From contig CP154954.1 of the NCBI GenBank assembly GCA_039621445.1, positions 23,758,954 to 23,822,953 of the forward strand: DNA of 64,000 nt, read 5' to 3'. Under the pieces are notes generated by a model. That model worked only from the letters and a program-made list of their open reading frames with translations. It made no database searches and was not told where the DNA came from. Positions 45,401 to 58,869 of this stretch are shown here, piece by piece. Source of the DNA: Euglena gracilis. Lineage: Eukaryota. The position numbers and the translations under genes were made by a program. Numbering within the stretch: the stretch's first letter is position 1; every line of letters starts with the position of its first letter.

Positions 45401-48400
45401 GATCGAGTGTAAGTGTTCAGAGGTTATACCAACAACAACCAAAAAACAGGACAGCAAAATGGCGTTGCCAACATCTGCACCTTGTCCACCATCTGCATCT
45501 TGTCCAGCATCTGCCTTTTCACCATCTACATCTTGTCCAGCATCGGCATCTGTTCTCATATCTCCCGTGTGTTTCCCCGTGTCGGCATCCACTTCATCTT
45601 GTCCAATCTGCTTCTTGTCCAGCAAATCTGCATCTTGTCCGCATCTGCATCTTGTCCCATCTGCATGTTGTCCAGCATTTGATCTTGTCCCCGCATCTGC
45701 ACACTTGGTACAGCATCGGCACCTTGTCCAGCATCGGCATCTTATCAATATCTGTCTTGTCCACCATCTGCATGTGTCCAGTATCTGCATCCACTTCATC
45801 TTGTCCAGCATCGGCAATCTTGTCTGGTATGTGCACTTGTCAACACCAAAAACCAATGCATCTTGTCCCATCTGCAAATCTTGTGTTTCCAAGTCTGTCC
45901 AGTATTCATCCAATGGCACCCAACCTAGCCAAAAAAATACCACAAAGCCCCAAAATGACCACAAAACCCCAAAATTGACCACAAAAAAGCCCCCCAAAAG
46001 CAAACCAAAATGACCCAAAATTGCTCAAATGACCAAAAAAAATGCCCAAAAATAACGCCAAAGATTGTGTGGAAATACCCGATCACCAATCGACCACAAA
46101 ACAAAACTGGCCCAAAAAATGCCATAAATAAAATCCTCATATGACGCCAAATTAGCATGTAAATTGCCAACTCAGTGACAAATCCCCAAAATTAGCAAAT
46201 TGATCCATCGAGGTCGCTCGAGGATGCTCGAAAAATGAATGGCTCAAATGGGTCGCTCGATTGGTCAATTGTGGGAAATTATCCCGAAATGGGTTTTTAC
46301 TTCAAATGTACAAAAAATGCTCAGACTCGAGCGCGCAATCGCCCAGCATCGCCCAGCATCGCCCAGCATCATCAAAGGTGCTTGGCCGGGGGGGAGGGTT
46401 CGTTTATGCAATTTAACAAAAGAATTGCGAGACAAGCAAAATATGGATGCACAGGTTTGCCAAAACAAAGCGGGAAACAGAAAAAGGGGGGACATGCAAA
46501 AAAAATAATCACAATAAATATGATTGTCATGTTTGTGCCATCCAATACACATGGTCACCCCCCAATCAAAAACGACGTCCCAAATGTGCACATCAACTTA
46601 AGACGGGTTAATATGCGAAAATAAATGGCGCTACCACACCTCGTTTCCCACCTCTCCAAGGTACTTTACGAGAACGTTGGCCCCCATAGAGAAGCCAACT
46701 GCCAGCAATGGAGCGGATGGGCGGCACCTGTGGGTGTGGCGGGGTCTTTTTTTTTTATATAACAAAAAGCAGTCATCGGCAGGAGACCCAAAAGAGACCT
46801 GAACAATTTTCAGCGCGAAAAAACAACACACTGAACATCACCCAGAATCCTGGCGGGATGGAACGCTCATACGACATCGGTTGCTTCACAGTCACGTGGC
46901 GTTTCTTCCAAAAAAAATTCATTGGCCAACACAGCCATCAGCAAGGGGCAAAAAAAAATGCACCTGTGGATGTAAGCGACGACCTCCCGACAGTCGTCCG
47001 ACGATGCGGCACAATACGCCCGGGGGGAGGTCAGCTTGGAATCCCCACAGCCCCAGGGCGAACGGTCTGAACACAAAACGTTCCATGCAAAACCGACCCC
47101 AAGGGTGTCGTGTGCCATTGTGAGCACTTTTGGGCAAAAATCTGTCAAACTTGCGGGAATTCCCGGAGCCGAGGAAAAAAATTGAGAAGGAAAATCTTGA
47201 CTGGGGGACCGCCTTGTAGGAGGGGGAGGACACTCAAAAAAAAACGCGACGCAAAAAACACAAAAAAGTGCACAAAAAACACAAAAAACCCCGGCAAACT
47301 GCATGTCAAATCCTTTAGGAGCTCCCCCAGGATGTGCACTTTCCACTGGAGAGGACTTAAAAAAATTTCGGCTCCGTTTCCATTTTAACAAAATTTTAGT
47401 CTCGAGGAAAGTTGGGGCCAAAACGAGGATTTTCTCATGGTCGAAAAAAATTTTCAGCAAAAAATACATGATTGAAAAAAAGAGGAAAAAAAAGGCAAAA
47501 AAAAACAAAAAAATGCAGAAAACACAAGCTTTACCAAAATCGCAATAAAAAACACCCAAAAAGACAGTGTTTGTGTCTCCCTTTTCCTCTTTGCACCACA
47601 ATTTTTTTTCATTTTTGACAGGTTCTTGCCCCAAAGAACACAAAATGGCATTTTTGGGAGGCACTTTTTCGGCAGTTTTTCGTCCTGGCACTTCGCACAA
47701 GACCAAAAATCAGTCACCCAGACCGTGCCACGATGGGGGGGGGGGCAGAATCCCCGCCCACGGTCCAGGAGGCCCCCCCTTCCACCCTGTACACCCTCCC
47801 GGCATCGAACCCTGGCCGGGGGCGGGGAGGACTGGTGATGGGACAGCCCCCACCCCCCCCAGCAGGGTGGTCCTTGACGAAAACCAAAGTTCTTGTCCTA
47901 GCACATTCAATGGTAAATCCATAAAAATGGCTGAAAAATGCCAAAAATTTTGGCAAAAACCGGTCGACTTTGGGGAAAAAAGTGACTTCTGGCATCCTTG
48001 AACCATCGGCTATCCAAAAACGTCGCAAAATGACCCAAAAAACCAAAAGGCATTTTTCGACTTTCTAATTTTTTTGACCCAGTCGTCCCTTAGGTCTAAG
48101 GGCGGTCCTCAAGGGGCGGTCCTTCAGGGGAAAAAACCCCAGAGGTCCACCCTGGGCAGCCCCGCTGGTTGAAGACCACCGCCACCCAGCCCTCCGCCCT
48201 CGCGTTGGCCGCCTGCGAGGCAACGGCCATGATGGAGTAAGCCTGGGGGCAGGGCCCCCCCACGCTGAGAGTGGCCGAGACGGGGGGGTGTGAGTGACGC
48301 GGGTTTGGGGGTTGGGGGCGCGGGGGTTTCGGAGCGGGCCGTTCGAGAGTTGTTTGGTGGAAAGACACTGCCACGGGCCATTGATGAAAGATCTTGGTAA

Positions 48401-51400
48401 CTACCATGCCCTCCACAATGAACCCCACATGTCCCCTCCTCACCCCCCATTTTTTTTGACAAAAACCTTGTCGCCGAAGGCCGGTGGAGATTTTTCAGAC
48501 CGCAAAAAAATTGGCGGACTTGGAATTTTGGCCGACATCGGCCGCAAAACAAAATGGGGAAATCCCAGCACCCATAAATATGTACCCCCCACAATTGCCT
48601 CCCCCCTGGCACCTGGGGGGTACACTATGGGGTGTGGCATGGTGGGTCCCTCTTCATCTGGCTGAACACTGCGGTTGCCGCCCGAGAATGGCAGGATCAC
48701 AGCAACGTTCTGAACTTGCTTGGCGGGAAAAAGCTACAGAGATATATGCCATACCGAACTGAACTGCCTGGCAGTTCCAGATGCAGCAAAATGCACAAAT
48801 CCAACCCCCCTGCCAGAGACCCCCCACCCGCCTGGGAACACACCATGTGCTTGACGTAGTTTTCCGCCGACCCACCGGTGACTCCGTGCAGGATGATCAG
48901 CGTGGGTGCCGCCTCGAGCGACGCCGAGCGCAGTTCCTCCAGGGGCACGGTCCAGTCCAGCGCGACGCTCCCCCCGCACCCGGGGTGTGGCTTCCGTGTG
49001 GAGAGCAGCCCCCCCCCCCATGGCCAGCCAGCTCCCCCCCAGGGTGTTCTCCAATGCTGGCGTACACCCAGCAGGTGTGATGGCTGGCACCTGTGGCATC
49101 ACGCGAATCTTTTGTGAAATTGTCGCAGATTCATGGCCACCACGCAATTTTGCAAGTTTTTAGGGCCATAGATTCACTTGCTCAAGCATCGGACAGTGAC
49201 AGTACTTCGTCGTTGGACAATTTGGCCAGGGGGAGATGCAGGAGGGGGGTCCGTCCAAAGAAGCCAGGACCCGCACGTCAGACATTCGGGCCAACTCCCG
49301 GTGATACTCCACCTGTGGAAGGTACGAAAGACCACGACAATCATTACCTCCCAGAAACACTGTGCACTGCAAATGAATGGATCAACCCCCAAACCTCCTC
49401 CTTCTGTTTGGAAATCTTTGCATGGGGGAATGGCCCCGTGGGAGATCAGCTGGACAGTCCAGTTATCCGCAAGGTGGGGGCGTATGGACACCCATCTGCA
49501 CACATGGTGCACTTTCCCATTCACTGACCCCTCCAGCGATGTGGGGCGGTCCCACACCCGAGGGCTGCGGCGGAACAGCGACGCGAAAATGGTCTGGAAG
49601 TGGCCGTTGGTGCACCACGGCGGCGGCCGGTAGCATTCGAAGAGGGCCCGGCAGGCCACGACCCAGCGGGCGACCTGCGACCCAGGCGGGGCCAGGGCTG
49701 CGCGGGAAGGCCCTGGCGGGGGGGGGGGCAGACTTTCATTTGGTGCGCCGCGGCCAAGTTTGCCGTGGCGCAAATTTTTTTCCCACGGCGCACGCGGTCA
49801 CAAAACTTCGGTGCCGCGGTGCACGCGGTGCAGAAAAAAATTTCCGCGGTGCACTAAATGAAAGTCTGGGGGGGGGTCGGCCTCTCACACCAGCAATGGC
49901 GTTTCCGGGCTTCGGGGTCAGCCCTGCACGTGGCCTGCACCTGCGGCGGCTGCGCGAGGTGGCTGCTGTAGTGCGCCGCCCGGAGGGCTGGCGTGGGAAC
50001 GGATGATGACGGATGCCCAACTTGGACGAGTTTCGGTTTATGGCGGACACGGGATGTGTCCTCAGCCGTGGCCGCCTCAGCCGGAGACAAAAAAAAACAC
50101 GACAAGACAAAATGCTTTATTCATCTCGCTTTGCATGAAGCATATGAGGCTTTGGATTGCACCTGAAACTCATGAAGAAGAACATGGGGCACATCATGAG
50201 AATCATAAGTGCAGGGGGGGGAAATGCAACTTGGCCCTTCAAATTATGCAAGTCAAAAAAATGCAAAAAAAAATGCAAAAAAATGCAAAAAAATGCAACT
50301 TGCATGAAAACCTTGAGAAAAAGCTGGAATATGACAGAGCTTTGCTGCCTAAAATCAAAAAAAATTTCCAGGGCAAAATATTTTATGCAAAAAAAACACA
50401 AAAAAATGCAAAAAAATCCAAACATATGCCAACCAACTACAAAAAATTTTTCAAGGGCAAAAATATTTTATGTAAAAAATGCAAAAAAATGCAAAAAAAT
50501 CCAAACATATGGCAACCAACTACAAAATTTTTTTCCAGGGCAAAATATTTTATGCAAAAAAATGCAAAAAAAATGCAAAAAAATGCAAATTTTGGGAAAA
50601 CCTGATTATGCAAAAAAATGCAAATTATGCAAGTTGCATTCCCCCCCCCCTGATAAGTGAGCCACAAAGGCTCCAGATCTGCTTTTGAGGACCAACATTG
50701 ACCAAAATGACCTTTTCAAAAAAAAACCAAACGCTCTCTGAGGCGGACAGCGAAATAAGCATTTGCTCTTGACACCTGCAACATACCCCTCCTCATACAG
50801 TTGCTATGCAGAAATTCGGCAATGAAAGTGGAATAATAAATGCTCAAAGTTCTCCCAGGGTCCCTTCCTCCCCCCTCCTTGTCCAAGGCACGCCAATGTC
50901 TGTTGACACAGGGGGTAGGGGATATTCAGGTCTTTATATTTGGGCGGAAAGAGGAAACCCCGAGACTGGATATGTATCCCATACATTTCTCATGGCTCAA
51001 ATTCACCAATTTTCAGCAAAATCCCAACTGGGCACCATTTTTTGACTTTTGACGACTACCGATCGCCAAAAACCAATTGATTGGAAAAAACCGCCGCAGG
51101 AAATGAAAATGTTTCCCATTCCGTGACCTGCGCGGCGCCTGTTGGCACACTGCGAGAGGAGGATGTTATAGTTTGGTCGCCAAACCAAATCCCCAGACAA
51201 AGCCAGAGGGTTTTTCATATTGTGGAGGGTACATATTGGAGAAACTAGGACTTGTGGGATTGTGAAGAGTTGCACAGATATTCACCCAGTTAAGCATTTT
51301 GGCCCATTCATCTGGACCAGCAGGGCAACCGCCTGACAAATACAAAAAAAAACAAATATACCAGGGTTTGGTGCGAGGACAGGTGGGAGGTGGTATGGAC

Positions 51401-51911
51401 CACTCCTCTGGTCAAAGGCGGGATTCCCCTCCAATCCATCCATCCAAAAGCGGCACAGTCAAGGTGAACCACCAGGAAACTATCAGCCTTAAAATCGACC
51501 CAAAATGCAATTTTGCGCACTTTATGGGCAAAACTTTCCGAAATGCCTGAACGGGAATATCGACCTTTTTGGGGGGGTCCAGAGTGCACTCCACAGCTCC
51601 AGGGTCGGTGCCCCCTGGAAGGTAATGGGGGTTCAGGCTTCCCTGCGTTCAAGGAGGGGCAGGGACCATAGATTCAATCAGTGACCCCTGGGCTATTACT
51701 GTCATTACTATTCGGGGGAAACAAACAGCAACCAGTCTCCAGGTCGGAAGTAGTCAAAATGACCGCCATGACAAATTTCTCCGCCAAAATGCACCGAAAA
51801 CCCCGACATCGCTGCCACCTTCGGAGAGGGCCCCGCCCCGTTGCCCACGCCAGGGCAGCCGGCCGACGCCAGCCCCGCAGCGGCTGCGAGGCCCCAGAGG
51901 GGAACTGCCAT
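40109..51911 (-). CDS. alpha/beta hydrolase of the ABHD1/ABHD3/YheT type (putative lipase/acyl esterase), >=12 exons, ~385 aa
   Basis: Exons 51911-~51856, ~49983-49930, 49687-49558, 49312-49277, 48975-48844, 48212-48158, 47048-46964, 46727-46640, 42628-42482, 41885-41773, 41144-41032 and 40589-~40450; the last coding bit is uncertain, possibly ending at 40109. Motifs: NGHFQT, YHRE...DGGSVALDW, ILHGVTGGS, VVFNQRGC, VGFSMGAN (Ser), NAEDDPI (Asp), GGHIAWLEG (His). Six GT-AG introns and at least five non-canonical ones. Confidence 0.92.
42215..42416. repeat. (CA)n microsatellite in ABHD intron 9
   Basis: Directly visible. Confidence 0.9.
45470..45900. repeat. degenerate ~18-bp minisatellite (CATCTGCATCTTGTCCAG)n inside ABHD intron 8
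   Basis: Repeated ATCTGCATCTTGTCC units. It is flanked by GCTCGAG-rich blocks (44550-44740, 46205-46335) that suggest a larger decayed element. Confidence 0.85.
50212..50652. mobile_element. hAT-like MITE in ABHD intron 1 (truncated relative at ~12464-12930)
   Basis: TIR CAGGGGGGGGAAATGCAACTTG / CAAGTTGCATTCCCCCCCCCCTG with ATAAGTG on both flanks (7-bp match) and internal AAAATGC repeats. Confidence 0.8.
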
Positions 51912-52562
51912 ATGCTGTGGCCGGGGGGCGGAAGGGGCACCGGGGGAGGGGGGGGGGGCGCTGGCTGGACTGCCCAGGGTCGGGGCAGTCACACGGGGAG
52001 GGGGCTCCCACGGCGCCCGGCCCACTTCAGTCCTTTGGTCGGACGGTCAGCCGAGGCAAACAAATAAAATGGCGGTCACCGTGGAGATGACCCGGGGTTC
52101 CGACCTCTGACTTAAAGTCGGAAACACTTTTGCCGGTGTTCCTTCAAATGCATTCCCCACTCATTTTGCCCATCGGATTCTCTTATGACTGGTCAATTCG
52201 TTGCGAGACAAGGGCGGTCGAGGCCCACCCTTCTGCTTGCCCTCAAGGATATTGTCACCCTCCCAGGATTGAAGACAAGGGGTGGTGGGGAGGTGGGGGG
52301 ACACCCTCCCCCCCCAAACAGTGGTGCGGTCTGGGTGACCGATTTTTGGCCTGGCCTGAAGCGCCGGGCTGAAATTTTTGTGACAGGGCAACACTCAGGC
52401 TTCATCTTACCAGCCCCAGGGGTGCCTGGTGCTGTGGGGTGCCTGCCAATAGCAGGCACCCGGGGGGGTTATTTTGAGGTGCCTGCCCACCCAGCCATTT
52501 TCACTTGAAAACAGCCATTTTCTGGCCCCGGTGCCTTGGCGCCGGGGTGGGGGGGGGGCTCT

Positions 52563-54344
52563 CAGACATTCATTTAGTGTGGTTCACAAAAGACGTGTGA
52601 ACCACAAATTTTTTTCTGGTGTCCACAGGTGAACCACAAATTTTTTTTTGGTGTCCACAGGTGAACCACAAAAAAAATTTTGGTGTCCACAGGTGAACCA
52701 CAAAATTTTTTGTGGTGTCCACAAAAATTGATTGAGGATCGAAAAAAAAATTTACATCAAAAGCGGATTGATCTTTAGATACCTCGACCACATTCTGAGC
52801 CTTGGCCCCGGCTCAATCCACGAAGCGTGGCAGTTGGAATTGGACAGATTGCTATCGAGAGTTCTCAAGCAGACATGCTCTGTAGACAACTTACCCAACA
52901 AGGATACCATCAAAAAGTTAAGTACTGGCGTCGATGAAGCGGAATTCCGCTTCATGGAAGCAGAAACACGCGACATTATCGTGGGGCTTTGGCATGGCTG
53001 CGGACATTGGGAGCGTTCTGGGGCATTGTGGGATGTCAGTTGAGTGCCTCAGTGCCTGAAAAAGTGCCTGAAAAATCGGCAATGCCATGTGCTTTGTTTT
53101 GAGGTAGGAGCCGGAAAGCCACTTCATTGATGTGGTGTCAGATCTTCAACTTGACCATTCAATGAAAGACCACATTCAGTATAGTTTTTCATTCAGAAGG
53201 GTAAGTGTCAGCCTCATTCTGGTTTTTGCAGTTTGGCAATATGAGATAATGAAAAGGTATTATGTCAGCCTGAGGAAGCGGATAACCGCTTCATATTTGC
53301 TCTGTTTTTTTTTGCAGGTTTTACGCCAATGTCATGTCGAAATGTCCTTCCAAGTGAAGCACGGGGAAGTGAACAGAAGGTCTGTATCGTTTCGCCTGTT
53401 CTACCTTTCGTAACTCGTGCAATTGTCTCCACGTGGTTTGACGTATTTGAATTATGCACTTTGGATGATGACATTCAATTTCTGTTCAGTTTGTCCAGTT
53501 TCTGTTATCTTCATAAATTTCATAAATGTTAACGTTCTTCGTTGTTATTGGGATTGGAATATTGTTTGGTGATCATTGTTGATCATTTCAATTCATACCA
53601 TTTTTTTACGGATTTTTTCAAAGCGGTTTTACGCTTCCTTTTTTGTGTGCAAACATTATGCATATTTTTTACATTACATTCTGTATAATTCATTGCGTTT
53701 TCGTTGCACATCTCCTGCTTTTGAAGCGGAATGCAATATTTACCGCTTCCATTTTTTAATTTTTCTGTTTCGTTCCTTCAGGGCCTACGGCAGCAGAAAC
53801 AACGCTTGTTTTTGTCGGTTCCTCCTGTTCATGTATTTCTTGATTGGTTTTGTTGATTTTACCAGAATTCGAAAGTAAATTGGCCTTCTTAGGTCTGTTT
53901 TCAACTGTATAGGTCTCCTTTACTGTGAGCCAAACGTCCACCGGAATTGGCCAAAATCAGAACCTCTTCAAAAAAAAATCGAAAAATATGACCCTTTTTT
54001 GGAAGTGGTTTTCCGCTTCCTCTTCTGTTTTTAGAGCACCAGAATTGTAGGCCAACTTACGCCGCCTGAGTCAAACATGTTCAAAGAAGATTGCTTCCTT
54101 GCTGTTGATGAGAAAGAAAATGATGCAAATGTCAGCAGGCGGTGGGAAATTTTTTGGTGTCCACATGTGAACCACAAATATTACTTTGGTGTCCACAGGT
54201 GAACCACAAAAAAAAATTTTGGTGTCCACAAGTGAACCACAAAAAAAATTTTTGGTGTCCACAGGTGAACCACAAAAATTTTTGTGGTGTCCACAGTGAA
54301 CCACAAAATGACAACCTTGGTGTACCACACTAAATGAATGTCTG
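52563..54344. mobile_element. non-autonomous hAT-like DNA transposon, 1.78 kb
   Basis: TIR CAGACATTCATTTAGTGTGGT(T/A)CAC and perfect 8-bp TSD GGGGCTCT (52555-52562, 54345-54352). Subterminal ~32-bp arrays GGTGTCCACAGGTGAACCACAAA lie at both ends. The interior has only broken ORFs. Confidence 0.92.
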
Positions 54345-54508
54345 GGGGCTCTACTGCACTACCCACCCAAAAGCCGAAAATGCCCGAGCCCCCGACCTGC
54401 CCATAGCACCCTTCCGGGGGGGGGGGGCAGGAAGTTGGCGCCGGCCATAAATAGACAAGAAGCCTTAGTGCAACTAAGGAAGGGGGGGGGGGGCAGGTGA
54501 GAACTTTC

Positions 54509-55482
54509 TCAAACCTGGCAACACTTCCTGGGCTGGCTGGTGGCCGCCACAGAATTGTGGTAGCTGGCCCCGGTAGTGTTACGGGGATAAGCTACATCAT
54601 ACCACTGCCTTTGGGTCTTCATCGCTTTCTTCGAAAGCAACCAGAACAATGCGGGTGCAAAAGAAGGCCAAGACATCCACAGAGACTTGTACAGACCGCA
54701 GGCGCGGCGGCACAGGGCCAGGAAAAGGCACAGAAAGGAAAGCAATAGAATAAGTGAACGGAGGCTGGCGATCAGACGTGGCAGCGGTCGCGCGCTGCTT
54801 CCCCTCGCACCCAGCACCTGTCACCCCCGTACTCAGGCAATGAGGCCAGACTCCGTGGACCACTGCTGGGTTGCTACAGAGAAATCCCCATCCACAAATC
54901 ACAAATTATATTGCAGGAGGCCTGGGAGGGACCAAAAAAAAGTCCGAGGCAGAGTTTCACTGACGACCAGCCGGGGCCCCAGCTATACATCTCTGTAAGG
55001 AGCCGGGGGGTTGCTGGGTTGGGGCTGGAAATTTGGGCTGGCTAGCCCCCCCCCTCCCCCGGCTAGACCCGGCTGGACCTGAGCTGGGCCAGGTTGGGCC
55101 GCAATCACCTGGGAAACACAGTTTCGAAAAAATGAGCACCTGACCCCCCCCCACGCCCAAAACACCCCCAAAACACCATTTTGGCCATTTTTGAAGACTT
55201 TTTGCAAAAAAAATTGTGGGCTGGACCCGGCAAAAAAGGGCTGGCTAGCAGGGCCATGGCCGAGGCAGGGCTCCCCCCCCTGGAGGGGGTCGGTTTTGGT
55301 CCCTGGTGCCTGCCGACCCAGCCAATCTTCCTTTAAAGAGGCACCTTTTCGGGCCCCATCACCTTTGGCCCGGGGGGGGGGGGGAGTGCTATGGCATTTC
55401 CCACCCCAAAACCCGACCCCCTGCCTGCCAATAGCACCCACGGAGTGGGGGGGTGAACTTCCTTGAAAAGAAGCCTGGCCAC

Positions 55483-55528
<46 letters not shown>

Positions 55529-58173
55529 AGCTTCTGGGAGCCCTGAGAATCAGGCTGCCAATCAGGGTGACAAGAGGCTGCTCCTGCTCCGGTCTGGTCT
55601 GTTTTGTGCCATCGCAGCGGAGGGGGAGCGGCCCACCAGGATGCGGGTCAGTGGCCAGGCACAGCATCGGGGGCAGTGGGGAGGCAAAGGCGACCACAGC
55701 GGTCCAGGAGGGCACAGCGGGGAAGGCATGGGAAGGGGCTTGCACGAAGGTGCAGGCGGAGAAAGAACAAAGGGCAGCCAGCTCGGGCCATGCTGCGTCC
55801 TGTAGCCAACGGCGATGCTCCGTTGCAGATAGAGAACACAACAAACTCAGAAATTATGAGAAATGAAAAAAGCAAAGGATAGTCTGTGGTGTACACTCAG
55901 CTGCTCACAAATGCACTCATCCGCTCAATCGCATGATAATGACTCAACTCATAATGACTCAACTCATGCTGGCATTGGTTCACAATGAACAGAAAGAGGA
56001 GAGCTATTGGCAGGAGTCCCACATTTGCCGATATGTATTTCAGTGTCAAAGACCCAGCACAGCAGTAGCACCTACAGGCGCACAGGCAATGCTGCGACCG
56101 ATGTGGCAGCTTGAGAGGTGGTGCCACTCATTTCCTTTTGTCTGGAAGTGAGCCAAATGCACAAAGTGCACAAAGGATTGCGAGATTTCATTTCCGAGAC
56201 GATACGTTGGATCCGGCTCACATGCCCGCCACAAAAAAAAATGCAGAAGAAAACTTTAATTTTCATTAGACATTAAAATTGATGGCACTCAATCCAATTT
56301 ACCAGGTTGCAATGCACAACCATACTCGGGGATACAGTCAACAAGGGTCGACAAAGGGGGTCGACAAATCTCATCGAATACTCAAGACGCAGTGTCGCTT
56401 TTCAAACCCAGGGTGGAGGGACTTGAGCAGACTTACACAGATGCTCAGAGGAAATACCGAATAGAAGAAAGACAATGGAATACGAAAAAGGAAACCGAAG
56501 CAAACCGGAAAGCGAGCATTTCACGTGGTATACACCCGCGGCTGCGCGGCTCCCACCGCGGCAGTCGGGGGACAGCGGAGGGCAGGGCGGGGGCGGGCAC
56601 CGGCGCTGCCAGCGAAGGCGCCCCGCGCCACTGCGGACCGACCCACCCCCTGCACCCCCACGGCTGGATGGCACAGGGGGGGGGGACAGGGCTGCATGGG
56701 AACAGTGGCTGGACCGCCACCCACCACGACACCACACAAGCGAAATTTCCTTTGGTGCCTTCGGCGCCGAAGGGAATTTTGGCCTAAGAAGTGGCTCACC
56801 TGGAAAATATGGGAAGGCCTGGGGGTTTGACCCCCCCACCAGGATTGGGGTGGGAGGTCGACCCCCCCCCTGCCACCCATGGGGTTCGGGGGGGGGGGGG
56901 CTTCTATGCTGCCAGCCCATGAGCCAGGGGACGGGAGCACGACCCCTCTGCCGGGGTTGCAAATGGGGGCACATGGCTGGGCGCAAGCTGTCCACCCGCA
57001 CAAAAGGAACTCAGCTATTGAGGCTGAGAACGACGGCCACGGCTGCCACCACAACCCACCTTCCCTGAGCCGGCTTGGGGGGGGGGGTCGGCTCATCCAG
57101 CCGTGCCCCGGGGCACACAGCAGCAGCACCCGCGACAGCAGCCGCACGCTCACCCCCGGTGTCCACCTGGGGTGCGGTGCTGGGCTGCCCACACTGTGTC
57201 ACAGCCCGGTCAAGGCCGATGGACAACCACGCAGATACGCCGGCAGGGACCCATGCTTGCGACAGGCAGAGGACGACTCCGCTCGACCTGCAAAGCGTGG
57301 CTGTTGGTATGGTCACCTGGTTCAGGTTCTTCGTCAGGTGTCACCAGATAGATATATAATATATATCTATATATATCTATATATAGATATATCTATATAT
57401 ATCTATATATATATCTATATATATATATCTATCTATATATATATCTATATATATATTATATATATATATGTACATATATAATTATATATATAATTATATA
57501 TAATACATATATGCTATATGTAATCAATGGACGGACTATGAGCTGGTGATTCTGCATTTCTGATTGAATTCTCAGGTTGCGGTTTCAGGAACTTGGTGAG
57601 CTTTTTGAGACCTGCACTGGTGGCTTTCAAAATCGAAATGCCAAAAAAAGGGAACATGATAATGGTAGGTTGGGTGATCTTCGGTTGGGCTGCTTTTTTT
57701 TTTTTAACCAAACCCGGGGGGAGGGGGGGTCCAGAGTGTCCTTGAGTGCCTGCCCATGCAGGCACTACCCCCCCCCGGGGTCGGATTTCGGCCTGTGCCC
57801 AGGAACTTTTCTCAGAAAACAGGCCATTTTCCTTGAAAATAGGCCCTTTTTTAATTCTTCCGGCTCCTTCGGCCTGCTGGGCATTTTTGGCCAAGTGCCC
57901 GACCCCCGGGGGGGGGGGGTAAGATTTGGAGCGCCTTGGACTGCCTGCCCAGGCAGACACTCCCCCCCCGGGGTGGGGTCGGCACCCGACTAAAATACAG
58001 CCTGGTAGTTGTGTCTCACCACATCAGCTTCAGGAGTTTCTGGGCTATCGAAACTTCTGAGAGATAGACAGCAAAAATAGAAGTAAAATGGACAACAAAA
58101 GAGCTTCTTGGGTAGATGGCAAAGCCGGTGCGTCGAGAGGAGGGCAAAATAGAGATGAGTTAGTATTGCCCAT
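54509..58173 (-). CDS. possible small multi-exon membrane protein of unknown function (junctions unresolved)
   Basis: Hydrophobic exon-like segments: MGNTNSSLFCPP...LLLSILLLFLLSISQKFR (~58173-58050), WTPGVSVRLLSRVLLLC (~57165-57115), DAAWPELAALCSFSAC (~55800-55650) and LSFLCLFLALCRR...FWLLSKK...stop at 54509. No family motif was recognised. Confidence 0.3.
57350..57522. repeat. (TA)-rich microsatellite
   Basis: Directly visible. Confidence 0.9.
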
Positions 58174-58186
58174 GCTGCAGCATATA

Positions 58187-58594
58187 AACACCCCGGAATA
58201 GAAGCCCTCCCCCCGGGTTTTCACCAACGTTCTAAATAGTGCCCCCCCCCCCCCGAAGCCATTGGTTCAATGAGGGTTGGTTTAGTTTACGCTTAGGGGC
58301 GACAGAGGGTGCAGAGAAAACACTCTCCGCCACAACCGCGTCCTCATTGGACGCGTCAGAAGATGCATCGGAAGCATCCAATGCATCCACAAGAGTAACA
58401 TTTTGCAGCACAATTGATATTGCTGGAAAAGGACATATGGACCCACGAAGAAATTTATTGGATAATGCTCAGACCCCTTGGATTTAGACCACTTTTCCGA
58501 ATAGTTCCCCCCCGAATAGAAGCCCCCCCCCGCAGTTTTCAACCAGTTTTCCGAATAGTAGCCCCCGGGGGCTTCTATTCGGCGGGGGGGGGGG
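58187..58594. mobile_element. MITE-like element
   Basis: Inverted ends CCGGAATAGAAGCCC / GGGCTTCTATTCGG and internal CCGAATAG repeats. Confidence 0.55.
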
Positions 58595-58869
58595 CCAAAT
58601 GGACCAAAACTCTCCAAAGCCATTCATCACTAGCCATTTCAGGAGTTTGATTTTGAGCCAAATTCTCCATCATCCATATATCCCCCAAGTCGCTCATTTG
58701 TTGTTATTGGGACAACTTTTGGTAAACCATCCGTCATGGGGGAGGAGTCCAAACCTTGCCCGCGGTGGGTGATATGCGTCCCTTTCAAATAGAAAGCAGG
58801 GCAATCGCAGGGGTAAACGGTAACCACCCCGGATGCGCTTAAGGAAACGGTTTCCGTTGCCGCCGGCCT

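Noticed and set aside
45086-46018. 310-aa and 215-234-aa ORFs (DADAGQ / SASCP repeats)
   Set aside because: They are translations of an 18-bp minisatellite open on both strands inside an intron.
52585-54305. Regularly spaced ~23-nt repeats resembling a CRISPR array
   Set aside because: The spacers are just ~10-nt A/T runs, there are no cas genes, and the arrays are subterminal repeats within a TIR/TSD element in eukaryotic DNA.
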